A DNA stretch of 64,000 nucleotides from Felis catus (lineage: Eukaryota). The DNA lies in assembly GCF_018350175.1 (NCBI RefSeq), contig NC_058374.1:132866001-132930000 (forward strand). Reading direction: 5' to 3'. A model generated the notes under the pieces. The model searched no databases. It saw only the letters and a list, made by a program, of their open reading frames with translations, and was not told the DNA's origin. The first letter of the stretch is position 1. Every line of letters begins with the position of its first letter. Positions 26,607-39,760 of this stretch are shown here, in pieces. The position numbers were made by a program, and so were the translations under genes.

Positions 26607-26888
26607 AAGGCTTTCTCTTTCTACAACCTCAGTAGATTGGTGGAGAGATTTTGTTCACAATGAGCTCGATCCATTCTTCCCCCCCTTGCATATGCAGATA
26701 TGTCATGGGGCGTGGTATCTCTCCCTTGACCCTAGAGCATGCTGGCTAGAGGCAGGAGGATTTGGGTTGCTGGAATTCATAGAATGCGGTGTCCCTACTG
26801 CGGTGTGGCCTGATGGAGGAGGGAGGAGGGGTGGCTCTTGAGTCCCAGGTGGTGATGGCTGTGCTCTGACTTCGTCCTCAGGTGAGAG

Positions 26889-27032
26889 ATGGCAGGCTCT
26901 GGTGAGCGCAAAGGCAAGAAGGATGACAATGGCATCGGCACGGCCATTGATTTCGTGCTCTCCAATGCCCGGCTGGTGCTGGGGGTGGGCGGAGCAGCCA
27001 TGCTGGGCATCGCCACACTGGCAGTTAAGCGG
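26889..27032 (+). CDS. MIEF1: MIEF1 (MiD51) first coding exon (exon 3), with TM segment
   Basis: MAGSGERKGKKDDNGIGTAIDFVLSNARLVLGVGGAAMLGIATLAVKR; acceptor cag| at 26881/26882, donor |gtaagt at 27033; 144 nt. Confidence 0.97.
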
Positions 27033-27970
27033 GTAAGTGGGCGCAGCCAGGGCCAGGGGTGGGGGAGGCCGATAAGGCTGCCTCTGTAAAGTGGAGCTGA
27101 CCTTGAATGAGCCTCGGATACTGCTAATGGGGGCATAACCTGGAAATCTGACATTGTTAGATGAGCCCATAGGAGAACTCAGCAGGTCTACTTCTAGGAC
27201 TCCGCCCTGAAGAAATTGGTGGCAATACAAATAAGTCTATCCCAGTGAGTAAACAACTACAAATAACCAAAATGCCCTTCCTTAACTCCCCGATTTGAAA
27301 TAGCAACACTCCCACCACATACACACTTCCTATTTCCCTTTTCTACTTTGTTTTTCTTAACATCTATCTCTGACTGAGTACGTCACATTTAACTTGTTTA
27401 TTACATATTGCCTGTATCCTTCCACCGCACTGCAGACTCATGCGGGCAGGGATTGGGTCTCTGTGTTTTACTGCTTGACTCTGTGCACCTAGAACAACGC
27501 CTGGCATGTAGGAGCCACTCGGTAAATATCCGTTAAATAAATGAATCCGTGTTCAACATTATGGTACGTTCATAAGGTACAATGCTGAATAGTCAGAAAA
27601 GGTACATAGTGTTGACCACTGGGTTCCTTTTCAGTGACAGTGGGGAGATGATAAAAAGGATGAGTGAAAAAAATCCAGTTTCGCAAGTATACGTAGAGTA
27701 GGATCCTAAGTATATGCCTACATATTTCCCAGCAGGAGCCAGACCAAAATATTAACAGTCGTGTCTGTGTTGTGTCCTTATGGTAGATCTGTTTCTTGTT
27801 TGCATCATTTAGTATTTCCTGAGATTTTCTGCACGGAGCACAGTGTTCCATAATCTAGAGTAAAACTAAAGTTATTGAAAAATAGTAGTCCAACCCCCTA
27901 GGGCAGAGCTGCTGAGAAGAAGGGAAACGGAGGCAGGAAGCTTCCTATGCCGCGGCCTCTGCTATTTCAG

Positions 27971-28148
27971 ATGTACGATAGGGCGATCAGTGCCCCTACC
28001 AGCCCCACCCGCCTGAGCCATTCAGGGAAGAGGAGCTGGGAAGAACCGAACTGGATGGGCTCGCCCCGACTGCTGAATAAAGAAATGAAGACAGGCCTGA
28101 GCCGCTCCCTGCAGACCCTTCCCACAGACTCCTCAGCCTTTGACGCAG
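27971..28148 (+). CDS. MIEF1: MIEF1 exon 4
   Basis: MYDRAISAPTSPTRLSHSGKRSWEEPNWMGSP...; tttcag| acceptor and |gtgagg donor; 178 nt, phase 1. Confidence 0.96.
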
Positions 28149-28351
28149 GTGAGGACAAGGCCCCCGCCCCTCCGGGGCCTCTCTCTGGGTGCTCAGTACC
28201 GCCCCCGCTTTCAGCAGACCTTTCTTGAGCGCCCGTGTGCCAGGCACCGCGCTCGCACTTTCGTGCCAGGCCCTCCTTTCCGGGGCCGAGGCAGCTGTGG
28301 ACTGAGCGAGCGCGGNNNNNNNNNNNNNNNNNNNNNNNNNNNNNNNNNNNN

Positions 28352-29004
<653 letters not shown>

Positions 29005-29084
29005 TAGCCCTTGTCGTGTCTTCCTTAACCCTTTCTGTTTTTTTGTTTTTTTGTTTTTTTCTTTTTTTCTTTTTCTTATTCTGA

Positions 29085-30038
<954 letters not shown>

Positions 30039-32798
30039 GGCAGGTGAAGGCCAAAGTGGACGTCAGGCGGTCAGACCCTGGCTTCTCCGTTAGAAACACG
30101 TGGCTGCACAGCTGGTGCCTCACAGGGTCCCTAGGTGCCTCCTATCTTGCTGGTCATCACCCCGGTCACTTCATGCTGATTAGAATGCCGTCTCTTTGCC
30201 TCTCTTCTCACCCAGCCCTTTCTATTTTTGTTACCAAACACTGTGCTCCTACTCCTCCCCGCCCCCTTGCTCCAGGCTGACTTTTCTGGAATGAACTGAG
30301 AAGGTGAAGCACTGGCCTGACCTGAGCTGCTGTTTTGCAATTTGGCCCAGGTTTTCTGCCCCTGTCTGCCCTTTGGCCTGTTTTCCTTCCAGTGTCGCCT
30401 CTGTCTGTTCCTCTTGTTCACGCCTTCTGTTTTGCTTTTCTCCCTGGAGCATATCTGCCCCGTCAAGATGTTGCCTTTGAGTTGAATGTCACCGAAGAGT
30501 TCTGATCTGCACGTTTCCGAGCTGAGCTCTGCAGAGCGAGCGCTCAGACGCTATTTAGAATTTCTGGGGTTAAAACCGGGAGAAGAGCTGGCTCTTGACC
30601 CAGGTTCCTGGAGAAGCAGCCCATGCCCCCCACGTCCTGACCAGCTCAGATTCCTAAGTGCTGAGAAGGTCCCTCCTGGGAACACGGTTACTGACCCACG
30701 CAGGAGTGAGGCTCAAGATAAACGATGCAAAGTTGCCTGGAGATTGTGTTTTTTAGTGGCCATCTGTGAGGGTGCCGCGGGGGAGCTGGAGGTGGCGAGG
30801 AGGGCCTGGGGAGGGTGCGTGTGCCTGGTGTCTAGACCTCCCCTTCGGCTGGTCCAGATCAGCTGCGAGAGCGGAGTGGCAGGAGGACAGGAGGAGGACG
30901 AGGGAGGGAAGGGGCTGCCTGCCGGGGCGCCGCCCCCCCTGCGCAAGTGCTGTTGTTCGGCCCCTTCCTTGCTTCTTGCCAATTAGGACGAAGCCTTCGA
31001 GGACACAGCTTTGGGGAGGTTGACAGGTGTCTGAACGCTAACTGGAAAATCCAGTCACCAGGCGAGGCTTGGTGACCGAGTTTCTCCCCCATCAGGCCCC
31101 GCCCCTCTAGGATGCTGCCTCAGAGCAGGAAGGAGCCCAAAGCCAGCCCTTCCTTCCCCAGCTTCTGCCACAGGAACGTGAGAGCCGAGAGCCGTGCGTG
31201 CCGAGCCCCCCAGGCACCGTCGAAGGGCGAGCAGACTTGCGCTGACCTCTTCCCGGTCCTGTCTCAGCCCGCTCCTGGGGAGACTGGTGCTACCTAGGGA
31301 GAGAGTTGGTGTATAAAACACGGCGGGGGGGGGGGGGGGGGGGAGGGGGGGTGCAGCTTGCTCCGCCCCCTCTTATTTCCAGCTGCTAAAACTGCGCTGT
31401 GTGTATTGCAAAGTATCCTGAGGGTGGGGAGGAGTGTTTAATACACGACGTCTGTGCGTCTTGTGTTGTGCTTTTGTCCTGTCCGTGGCAAGAAGCCAGT
31501 AATAATTGTTTCTGATCTGCCCATCCAGTATTTCGTTCTCCCATCAACTTTTATTATTTTTTCTATTCTTCCTACCTCTCCATCGGTGAGATTCTGGTGA
31601 AGCTCTCCACAGCTGTCTCGTTCTTTCCCAACGACAGCAGCATGAAATGACTCTAAATAGCATTGAACCCTCAACTACCTTTGAATTTAGGTAGACGGTC
31701 CTGTCCCCTTCTGGTCATGGGTTAGGAGGGTGAACTAGGGTCAACCTCGACTCTATTGGGAAAAATTTCCTGCTCCTCTCTATGTATGCAGAGGTTCCTT
31801 AAAGTGGCTCAGCTCTTTCATTTGCATGAAGCTCCTGAGAGAGAATGAAACATAAGCCCGGAACCCTGAGAGAGATTCTCCACCCTGGCTGTTCATCAGA
31901 GTCAGATTAGGGTTTAAAGGAAATCGCTGTGCCTGAGTGCTGCCCTCGGTGACTGGCCCGGAGGGGGTGGGGTGGAGCCTGACCTTGGTGGTTCCAGAGC
32001 ACGGAGCTCGCTCCTCGGATCCATTAGAGGGAAAGGAGAGGGGAGGCTGCAAAAGAGTGGGTTAGTCTTCATTGAGGTGAAGCAGTCGGTTTTCCCAATG
32101 TATTACAGAGTCTAGTTTTCTCAAGCTGGCATCTCTGACCAAATTGCATGTAAAGCATTGGAAGGGGAGCTGGAAAGAAACAAAAGATTTTAAAGACTTA
32201 CGCCCAGATTATCAAAGCCAAGTGTAACTGCCATTTGGTTTTATCTCTTTTCTTAAAGAGCAACACAAGGGCATCTCTCTTAACTGTGTTTCACAAAACC
32301 AAAAACCGTGGCTTTCCCATTTCACAAGCAAGAACCACCTGGAAGTCCTCAGAACAAGAAGCAGTGGAAATTCTTGGCCCTGGTCCTAGTGGGTTTGGTG
32401 ACTGAGACTGGGCAAGCCTTGTAAAACGTGGAAGATTGTCCAGTGTGTTGAGGTTCTTGGATGGAAGAGGACAACATTCTGCACCCCCTCCCGATTGTTT
32501 TAATCTTTGGGGAAGGACGTCGTGCCTTTCCCCACCACTCTCCTGCCTATGTACCCAGTAACTCCCACCTTTGCCTGAAGTCATGGCACCAGCTCCTACT
32601 TCTCTGGAAATTTTTTTGCACCATTTATGTTAGCAAACCACAGAGTTAGCCTAATGCTTAAAAATAATACTCGTCTCGAAAGCATAATCCATTCCAAAGT
32701 ATATTTTGATTTTTTTCCCTGGTGCCCCTTCCTGAAAAATGAGTTCAGGATAACAGTATTTTTATGATATGCTTTGTCGTGACTGTTTTCCCCCTTCA

Positions 32799-32804
32799 AA
32801 TAAA
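32799..32804 (+). terminator. Candidate MIEF1 polyadenylation signal
   Basis: AATAAA at the end of a ~2.8-kb, largely repeat-poor stretch after the stop; other sites are possible. Confidence 0.4.
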
Positions 32805-33232
32805 TGATCAAAGTTAACGTTTGGAAAAGCTGTGTCGAGGCCTATGGTCTTTCCTCCTGGGTCTCGGCCCCTGCCGGTCTCCCTGTTCACATCCCAGGTT
32901 AGCTGATTTTGCTCCCTTGTACTCCAACTTGAGAACTCCCATGGTTTTGACAAGGAATTAGCTTCATGATCACAATCTCCTGGAGAGGCCCCAGCGGGGG
33001 TTCTGTAAGTAGGGAAAACCTGCATTGTGTTGGAGTCCTCTGCCATAGCCTCTCTTCCTTGAGGCTGTGACCTTGCCTGGAAACTTGTGTTCACAGGGTT
33101 TCTTAGTACTCTGCTCTTCCTGCTAAAGGTCCAGGCCAAAGACAATGGTAAGGGACACTTAAGACTCGATCTGTTAGGCTGTGGCCCTTTTAGACACTGC
33201 TGGTTGTCAGTGGCCAAAATACTAGGTGAGTT

Positions 33233-33408
33233 TTTTGTTGTTTTTTTTTAAGTTTATTTTTGAGAGAGCAGAAGCAGGGACAGAGGATCTGAAGTGGGCT
33301 CAGCGCTGACAGCAGAGAGCCCCATGCGGGGCTTGAGCTCCTGGGCTGTGAGATCACGACCTGAGCTGAAGTCACACACTTAACCAACTGAGCCACCCGG
33401 GTGCCTCC
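33233..33408 (-). mobile_element. Can-SINE
   Basis: Reverse-complement SINE body with a T-rich tail. Confidence 0.88.
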
Positions 33409-36055
33409 CCAGATGTGGGTTCCGAGGTGGAGTCCAGCGTGTTTACCTTTTCGTTCAGATCACCTTGTAGTCTTTAAATTCTTGGTCCCTGAGGCCAAGT
33501 CCACAACTTGCCTTCCAGTCACTTGCCTGCCCTTCAGTAGCAGTTGATACATTCAGCTGGTAGATTTGGGATCAGTCACTGGTCTTTGTGTCCCACCTTG
33601 GCTAGGTCCACATAGAAGTAGCTTCGCCCTGAGACCTGGGGAATTGCTGTCTTTTATTCTCCTTGAGGGAGGAAGTAAAGCTGGGGAAAATGATGTCCTT
33701 CCACAGCATGGAAAGAAAAAATAAAAATCTCCTTTCCCACAGCGTTGACTTGTGTGTGGTATGAAACATTTTCCTACAGGAGCGGTACTGGTTCTCCATT
33801 CTCAGCTAGAACCTCGGACGTGCTTGATCTGGGTCTCCATGATAGAATGGATGGGACAGGTTGCCCCTGGAGCCATTCATCAATGACCTCTGCAGTGTCA
33901 AAACTGGGGCAACATTACTTTCTTTAATTCTCAACCTCCTGCCTAGTCATCTGTAAGGAGGCACTGACGGGTCTCCTGAAACGTGCCCCATGGGTTCTTC
34001 GGTACACCTTGGAAGACTTGTGTAATGGTTCAGGGATACTTAAGTGCCTTTGCACGTAAGACTAGACTTTATATCTTGACGTTTGTGATTTCTCCAAAGC
34101 AATACAAAAACCATACTTTGCAATATGCTTTACATGTACCAGTTGTTGGTTTCATCAACTCAATAAATACTAGTAGTCCTCCGAGGAAGCAGGATGATAA
34201 AAGGAAAATGGGGAGTGGGGATTGGGAGGTCAGGATCAGAAGACCTGAGTTCTAATAATAGTAATAACCATTTGTTGAGCATTTATCAGCACTTTGCTCA
34301 ATGCTTTCCATACATAATCTTACTTCATTCTAAGCATAAAGATACTCATCATTAGCCTCATTTCACAGATGAGGAAACTGGCTCAGCAAGGATAACTTGC
34401 GTAACCAAAATGTCTCAGCCACTAAATGGAAGAGCCAGGATCCTTTTGGAGTTGCCTCTAAAATCTGTCTTCTAAGCCCTAACCCGTACTGCCTCCACGG
34501 AAAGCTGTGTGGCTTTGGGCCACACACCTCATCGCATTAGTTCGGTTTGCTGTTGTAAAGAAATCGTTGGGCTAGGCTGAATCAAAGCAGTGAATGGACA
34601 AGGACAGCGCTCCCCACATTTTTTGACCTCACAGCCTTGCTACAGATAATTCTATGGCCCACCGAAATGGAGGCAGAAACTTAAGGTTTCTGCCCCCACA
34701 GGGCCTGACTGGGGAAGGGGACTGGAGGATGGTGAAGAGCTTTCTTGGCACTCTTCGTAGCTCCCCAATAGAGAGCAAAATGCAAGCCCTACCCTGGACC
34801 GCTGCTTCCGAACACAGGAACCCTCCTGCCCAAGCGGGCGTGGGTTTTCAAGCTTCTCTCATTAGCGGCATTAGGGGGACTTGCTGAGAAGTGGTTAGGT
34901 TACACCGGGCAGTCGCAGAATTGGGCGTTAACTGACAGTGACAGATACCAGTTTAATAAAATCTCTTGGGGCAACTGCATCTGCATAAACCAAAAGAAGT
35001 TCCCTTGTGATGGACTGAATACTTTTAATAGAATAGCAAACATTTTAGCAGGTTGGGTAGGTAAAAATACCTTAAACTGGGCTATAGATTATGCATCTTC
35101 CCGCCTGGACTTGAGAGTTGACAGTAAGGATGCAGAGTTGGCCCTGTATGGTAGGTGGGCACGAAACATTTGAGATCCCGACCGAGGTCGTCTGCCCTTT
35201 CAGCTACTTAAGGCCTTGCATATGGTGGAAATGCACACGAAATGCCACTTCCTTTCCCCTAATTTCATGTAGGGCCTGCAACTGGATGCTAATTCGGAGA
35301 TTCACTGAGGGGGGCAGGAAGGGGCCACACGAGTTCCGGCCTGTCGTCACCATTGAACGCTCTAGATCGGGGAAGGAGCCGGCGCAGCCACGGGCCGCTA
35401 CGTGTGCGCAGAGTTGCGGAAGCCACTGCAGCGGGAATTAACCGAGACTGGCCCACCGAGAACAGACTCCAGCAGCGGGAACCTCACTCACCACTCCGCC
35501 CCTTCCCGCTCAGACCTGGGCTCTCTCAGTGAGAAGCCCTCCCACCTCGGGCTCAGAGCCAATAGAAAATCGAGATATATATGACTCACCATGTCTAACC
35601 AATCAGCTCGAAGCTCGCTCTCCGCCAACATCTCGCGCGACAACCAAGCGGCCTCGAACCTCACAATAAAAGCCTTCCTTGGGCAGAAAGACTTCTCTCC
35701 CCGCCCCCGAAGCTAACACCGGAAACGAGGTGTGTCTGAAGAATCCCTCCGCGCTCTCCGGCGCCAGAGGGGAAAGTGACTCTTTGATCTTAGTTGCCGT
35801 GTAAAGTAGTGCGCCCTTTTCCTTTCTTGAGACTCTAAAAATAATTCACATTCTTTTCACAGCTACCTTCTGGACATAAAATTCGTAGGTTGGAGATAGT
35901 AGGGGCGTCGGAGGGGCGAAAATGAATGGGTAGGAGGCGTGGGTCACGTGACCGGAGCGGAAGGATATGCCCTGTGATGCGTCCTCATAGAGGCAAAGTC
36001 TATAAAGGACCCACGGCCGGCGGGCCGCGGCCATTTCTCTCCCTCCCGCCTATAA

Positions 36056-36061
36056 ATGTAG
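36056..36061 (+). CDS. ATF4 leader start-stop element (ATG TAG)
   Basis: ataaATGTAGag about 25 nt after the predicted TSS; corresponds to the AUG-UAG of the human leader as recalled. Confidence 0.7.
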   Translation: M

Positions 36062-36117
36062 AGCTCCTGTGCGAGTGCGCGTTCTCCCTCCTCCGCTCCC
36101 CCGGGTCCGCGGCCGCC

Positions 36118-36129
36118 ATGGCGTATTAG
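36118..36129 (+). CDS. ATF4 uORF1 (M-A-Y-stop)
   Basis: gccgccATGGCGTATTAG in optimal Kozak context. Confidence 0.95.
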   Translation: MAY

Positions 36130-36216
36130 AGGCAGCAGTGCCTGCGGCAGCATTGGCCTTTGCAGCGGCGGCAGCAGCACCAGGCTCTGCAGCGGCACCC
36201 CCCAGCGGCTTAAGCC

Positions 36217-37001
36217 ATGGCGTAAGTATCGGGGCCGGGCCGCTCTGGCCGTGCTCCCGCGGGTCGGCGAGGGCATTCGGCTCGCTTGGGCGCGGCCTGC
36301 GGCCGGCGGCGTCCCAGAGGGGGAAGCGGTTTTACGAGCGCCCGAGACGCGTGACCCCTGTTTGGGTGTCCCCGAGACGCCGACGCTTCTGGGTTGGGGG
36401 AGCGCGCCCCGTCCCCGGGGATAGAAGTCCTCGACGACCCTGGCCTCCGTTTCAGGGGCGCGTCCCCGTCCGGCTCCCAGCAAAACGTGGCAGGAGCCAA
36501 GATGGCGGCGGGGCAGGGCGGTGGCGCGGTGTGAGTCATGGGCGGGTGTGGGCGGGGCCGGCGGCCCAGGCCGTATTTGGACTTGAGGATGGCGCGCCTT
36601 CCTCTGGCGGCCGGTAGAGGGACGGCCCAGCCCCGAGGGCGTCCATCTTGTGCGGCTTGACCGGGCGGCGAGGAAGGTGGACGCGATGGCTCTGAGGCCA
36701 CGTGTTCCCGATTCTCTGCTGCCGAGTGGAATTCTAGTTTGGCCAGTCTCCCTCCAGGATGAAAAGATGAAGTTGTGGGACCGGCTGGTCTCTAGTGGGC
36801 CTTGGTTTCTGGTTTCTTTTCAGGCTTTTCACGGCATCCAGCAGCAGCGTTGCTGTAACCGACAAAGACCTCTTCGAATCAAGCACATTCCTCGATTCCA
36901 GTAAAGTCCCGCGACATGGCCGAGATGATGAGCTTCCTGAGCAGCGAGGTGTTGGGGGGGGACTTGATGTCCCCCTTCGACCAGTCGGGTTTGGGGGCTG
37001 A
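36217..37001 (+). CDS. ATF4 uORF2, spliced (36217-36221 + 36824-37001), 60 aa, overlapping ATF4 out of frame
   Basis: ATGGC|gtaagt ... ttttcag|GCTTTTC gives MALFTASSSSVAVTDKDLFESSTFLDSSKVPRHGRDDELPEQRGVGGGLDVPLRPVGFGG*. Confidence 0.94.
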
Positions 37002-37144
37002 AGTAAGCCTNNNNNNNNNNNNNNNNNNNNNNNNNNNNNNNNNNNNNNNNNNNNNNNNNNNNNNNNNNNNNNNNNNNNNNNNNNNNNNNNNNNNNNNNNN
37101 NNNNNNNNNNNNNNNNNNNNNNNNNNNNNNNNNNNNNNNNNNNN
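36916..37144 (+). CDS. ATF4: ATF4 first coding exon part (N gap 37011-37144)
   Basis: MAEMMSFLSSEVLGGDLMSPFDQSGLGAEVS...; donor gtgagt at 37145; 229 nt, phase 1. Confidence 0.95.
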
Positions 37145-37230
37145 GTGAGTGGGAGTCCTTTGCCTGCCGGTGGGACCTGAGCGTCGGGCTTGCTGCCTTG
37201 TGTATCTGACTCCTTTTCGATCTTTTGCAG

Positions 37231-38060
37231 AGGATGCCTTCTCCGGGACAGATTGGATGGTGGAGAAAATGGATCTGAAGGAGTTTGATTCTGGTTCTCT
37301 GTTCAATATAGATGACCTGGAAACCATGCCAGATGAGCTTTTGGCCACTTTGGATGACACGTGTGATCTCTTTGACCCCCTAGTCCAGGAGACGAATAAG
37401 GAGCCCCCCCAGACCATGAACCCAATTGGCCATCTCCCAGAAAGTTTACCCAAAACAGACCAGGTTGCCCCTTTTACCTTCCTGCAACCTCTTTCTCTCT
37501 TCCCAGGGGCCCTGTCCTCCACTCCAGATCATTCCTTTAGTTTAGAGCTACGCAGTGAGGTGGATATCTCTGAAGGAGATAGAAAGCCAGACTCTACTGC
37601 TTACATTCTCATGATCCCTCAGTGCATAAAGGAGGAGGATGCCCCCTCAGATAATGATAGTGGCATCTGTATGAGTCCTGAGTCCTACCTGGGGTCCCCC
37701 CAGCATAGCCCCTCGACTTCGAGGGGCTCTCCAAGTAAGAGCCAGCTGTCTCCATGTTCCCTCTGTGGTTCTGCCCACCCCAAACCCTATGATCCTCCTG
37801 GAGAGAAAACGGCAGCAAAAGTAAAGGTGGAGAAGTTGGATAAGAAGCTGAAAAAAATGGAGCAGAACAAGACCGCAGCCACTAGGTACCGCCAGAAGAA
37901 GAGGGCGGAGCAAGAGGCCCTTACTGGCGAGTGTAAAGAGCTAGAAAAGAAGAACGAGGCTCTGAAAGAGAGGGCAGACTCTCTGGCCAAGGAGATCCAG
38001 TATCTGAAAGATTTGATAGAAGAGGTCCGAAAGGCCAGGGAGAAGAAAAGGGTCCCCTAG
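37231..38060 (+). CDS. ATF4: ATF4 last exon with DSGICMS degron and bZIP domain; total 352 aa
   Basis: ttttgcag|AG GAT GCC; ...[10 protein letters not shown]...[69 protein letters not shown]. Confidence 0.98.
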
Positions 38061-38119
38061 TTGGGGTTGTCAGTGGAGTATGTGCTTGTACATAGGCTTG
38101 TGCTGCAGCTGTGTGTTGT

Positions 38120-38125
38120 AATAAA
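38120..38125 (+). terminator. ATF4 polyadenylation signal
   Basis: AATAAA 60 nt after the stop, followed by GU/U-rich sequence. Confidence 0.85.
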
Positions 38126-39184
38126 TTATTTTGTAGTGAAAGTACTTCTGTGAGTTGTGCTTGCTTTCTGATCTCTGGTAAGGCAGCCTTACCGACCTTG
38201 GCCTGGCAGTTGTGATCACCCCGGAGGGAGGGATTGGTTCAACCTCGTTGGACTTAGAGCCCCCTGCAGTAGGCTGCTGGGTGTTTTTCTCGTGTGGGGT
38301 TCAGGCCAAAGAGCTTTACCCTGAGGGAGCTCGTGGCCAGGAGGTACAGCCTGGCTTCTGCCTCCTGCAGAGTTGTGATCTGTCCTTAAGTGCCCAGATA
38401 AGGACTGCCTGAGTCAAAGTTTCTCTTCTTTTACATATCTGTAGAGGCCTCTTCCCAGATCTCAGAGAAATGGGTCTTTGGCTTTTGCTGGGAGTTGAGG
38501 ACCGACCTGTAGCTTGAAGTTCCTGGCCAGAGCTGGGCTCTAAGGCTGCCAGATGTCGGGACAGTACCAGGAAGCCACACTACGCAACTTGGATTTCTCA
38601 AGTCTGAGAAATCATCCTTTGTCTGGAGTCCATCCTGGTCAGGTCACCTCATCTTGTGTGTCTTGTGGGTCTAGCTCTTCAGGGAGGGAGCCTTGGTTTT
38701 TATCTCCATGGCAGTGTTTGAGCCCTTAATGTGTATTCTCAGTTCTGTGATAACCCAAAGGGAAACCGGTGCATGAAGGAGCATCAGGCTCTTAAACCTG
38801 TTTTGCCCCTTGAGTTTGGAACTGGGTGTGTGTGCAAGGGGAGGGGAGGTCCGTGTTTCCCTGATTTTCCCAACACCTAGTGTTGGAATACGACCAATGA
38901 CCCAAATGGGAACATTACTCTGAGGCATGGGGTGGGGGCCTGGTACAGGTCTTACACCTTGAGGTGGTAGAGATCCCACAAAGCTGTGGGTCTCTCCCCA
39001 CAGTTTACTCTGCAGGGACCACCCATCTAGGTATTAGTATCACAGACAAGATCCCATCCCCACCCCCAGCCCCATTTAAGCAGCTTAACTGCAGCTAAAT
39101 ATGTGGGGATTTACTGGTTGAACAGCATCCACTCAGCTTCACACATTGAGGTTACAAAAACTAAGTTCTATTCAAGAATTTTTT

Positions 39185-39760
39185 TAAAGACCGCAGAGGA
39201 GCTTAAACTCAGCAATTGTGAGATCATAACTTAGGCCAAAGTGGGACGGAAGTTGGATGTTCAACCCACTGAGCCACTCAGGCGTCCCTAAAATGCCTGT
39301 TTTTTTGTTGTTTTTGTTTTTGTTTTTAAGTTTTTCTTTTAATGTTTGTTTTTGAGAAAGTGTGTGTGAGAGCAGGGGAGGGGCAGAGAGGGACACAGAA
39401 TCCAAAGCAGGCTCCAGGCTCCCAAGCTTGTCCGCACAGAACCTGATGTGGGGCTCGAATCCACACACTGAGATCGTGACCTAAGCCAAAGTCTGACGCT
39501 TAACCGACTGAGCCATCCAGGCGCCCCTAAGATGTCTTAAAAGATTTTTGAGCTGGGTGGCTTGGATAGGTGTCCGACTTGATTTCAGCTCAGGTGGTAA
39601 TCTCCCAGTTTGTGGGTTTGAGACCCTAATTGGGCTCTGCACTAACAACACAGCTATTTATTTCAAAATAAATAAAACTAAAAAAATTAGATCTTAATCT
39701 CCACACCCAACGTGGGGTTTGAATTCCCAACTCTGAGGTCAAGAGTCCACCCAGGCGCCC
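39185..39760. mobile_element. Cluster of four Can-SINE pieces in mixed orientation
   Basis: Antisense pieces at ~39185-39290, ~39300-39528 and ~39695-39760; sense piece at ~39550-39690. Confidence 0.85.

Larger units (their letters stand above)
35330..36960 (+). promoter_or_regulatory. ATF4 CpG-island promoter, exon 1 and intron 1
   Basis: CCAAT boxes (~35559, ~35599), AP-1 TGACTCA 35582-35588, palindrome GGTCACGTGACC 35942-35953, TATAAA 36001-36006, Inr-like CCATTTC at 36031, YY1 motif CAAGATGGCGGC 36498-36509. Confidence 0.9.

Noticed and set aside
28214-28315. tttcag at ~28213 as the MIEF1 exon 5 acceptor
   Set aside because: The following sequence does not encode MiD51-like residues; the real acceptor is probably inside the gap.
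35944-36701. Long ORFs over the ATF4 promoter and intron 1
   Set aside because: CpG-island artefacts; the real elements are the uORFs.
37149-37230. Track ORF start [10 protein letters not shown]... as the ATF4 N-terminus
   Set aside because: This is the 86-nt intron (GT 37145 to AG 37230) read in frame.
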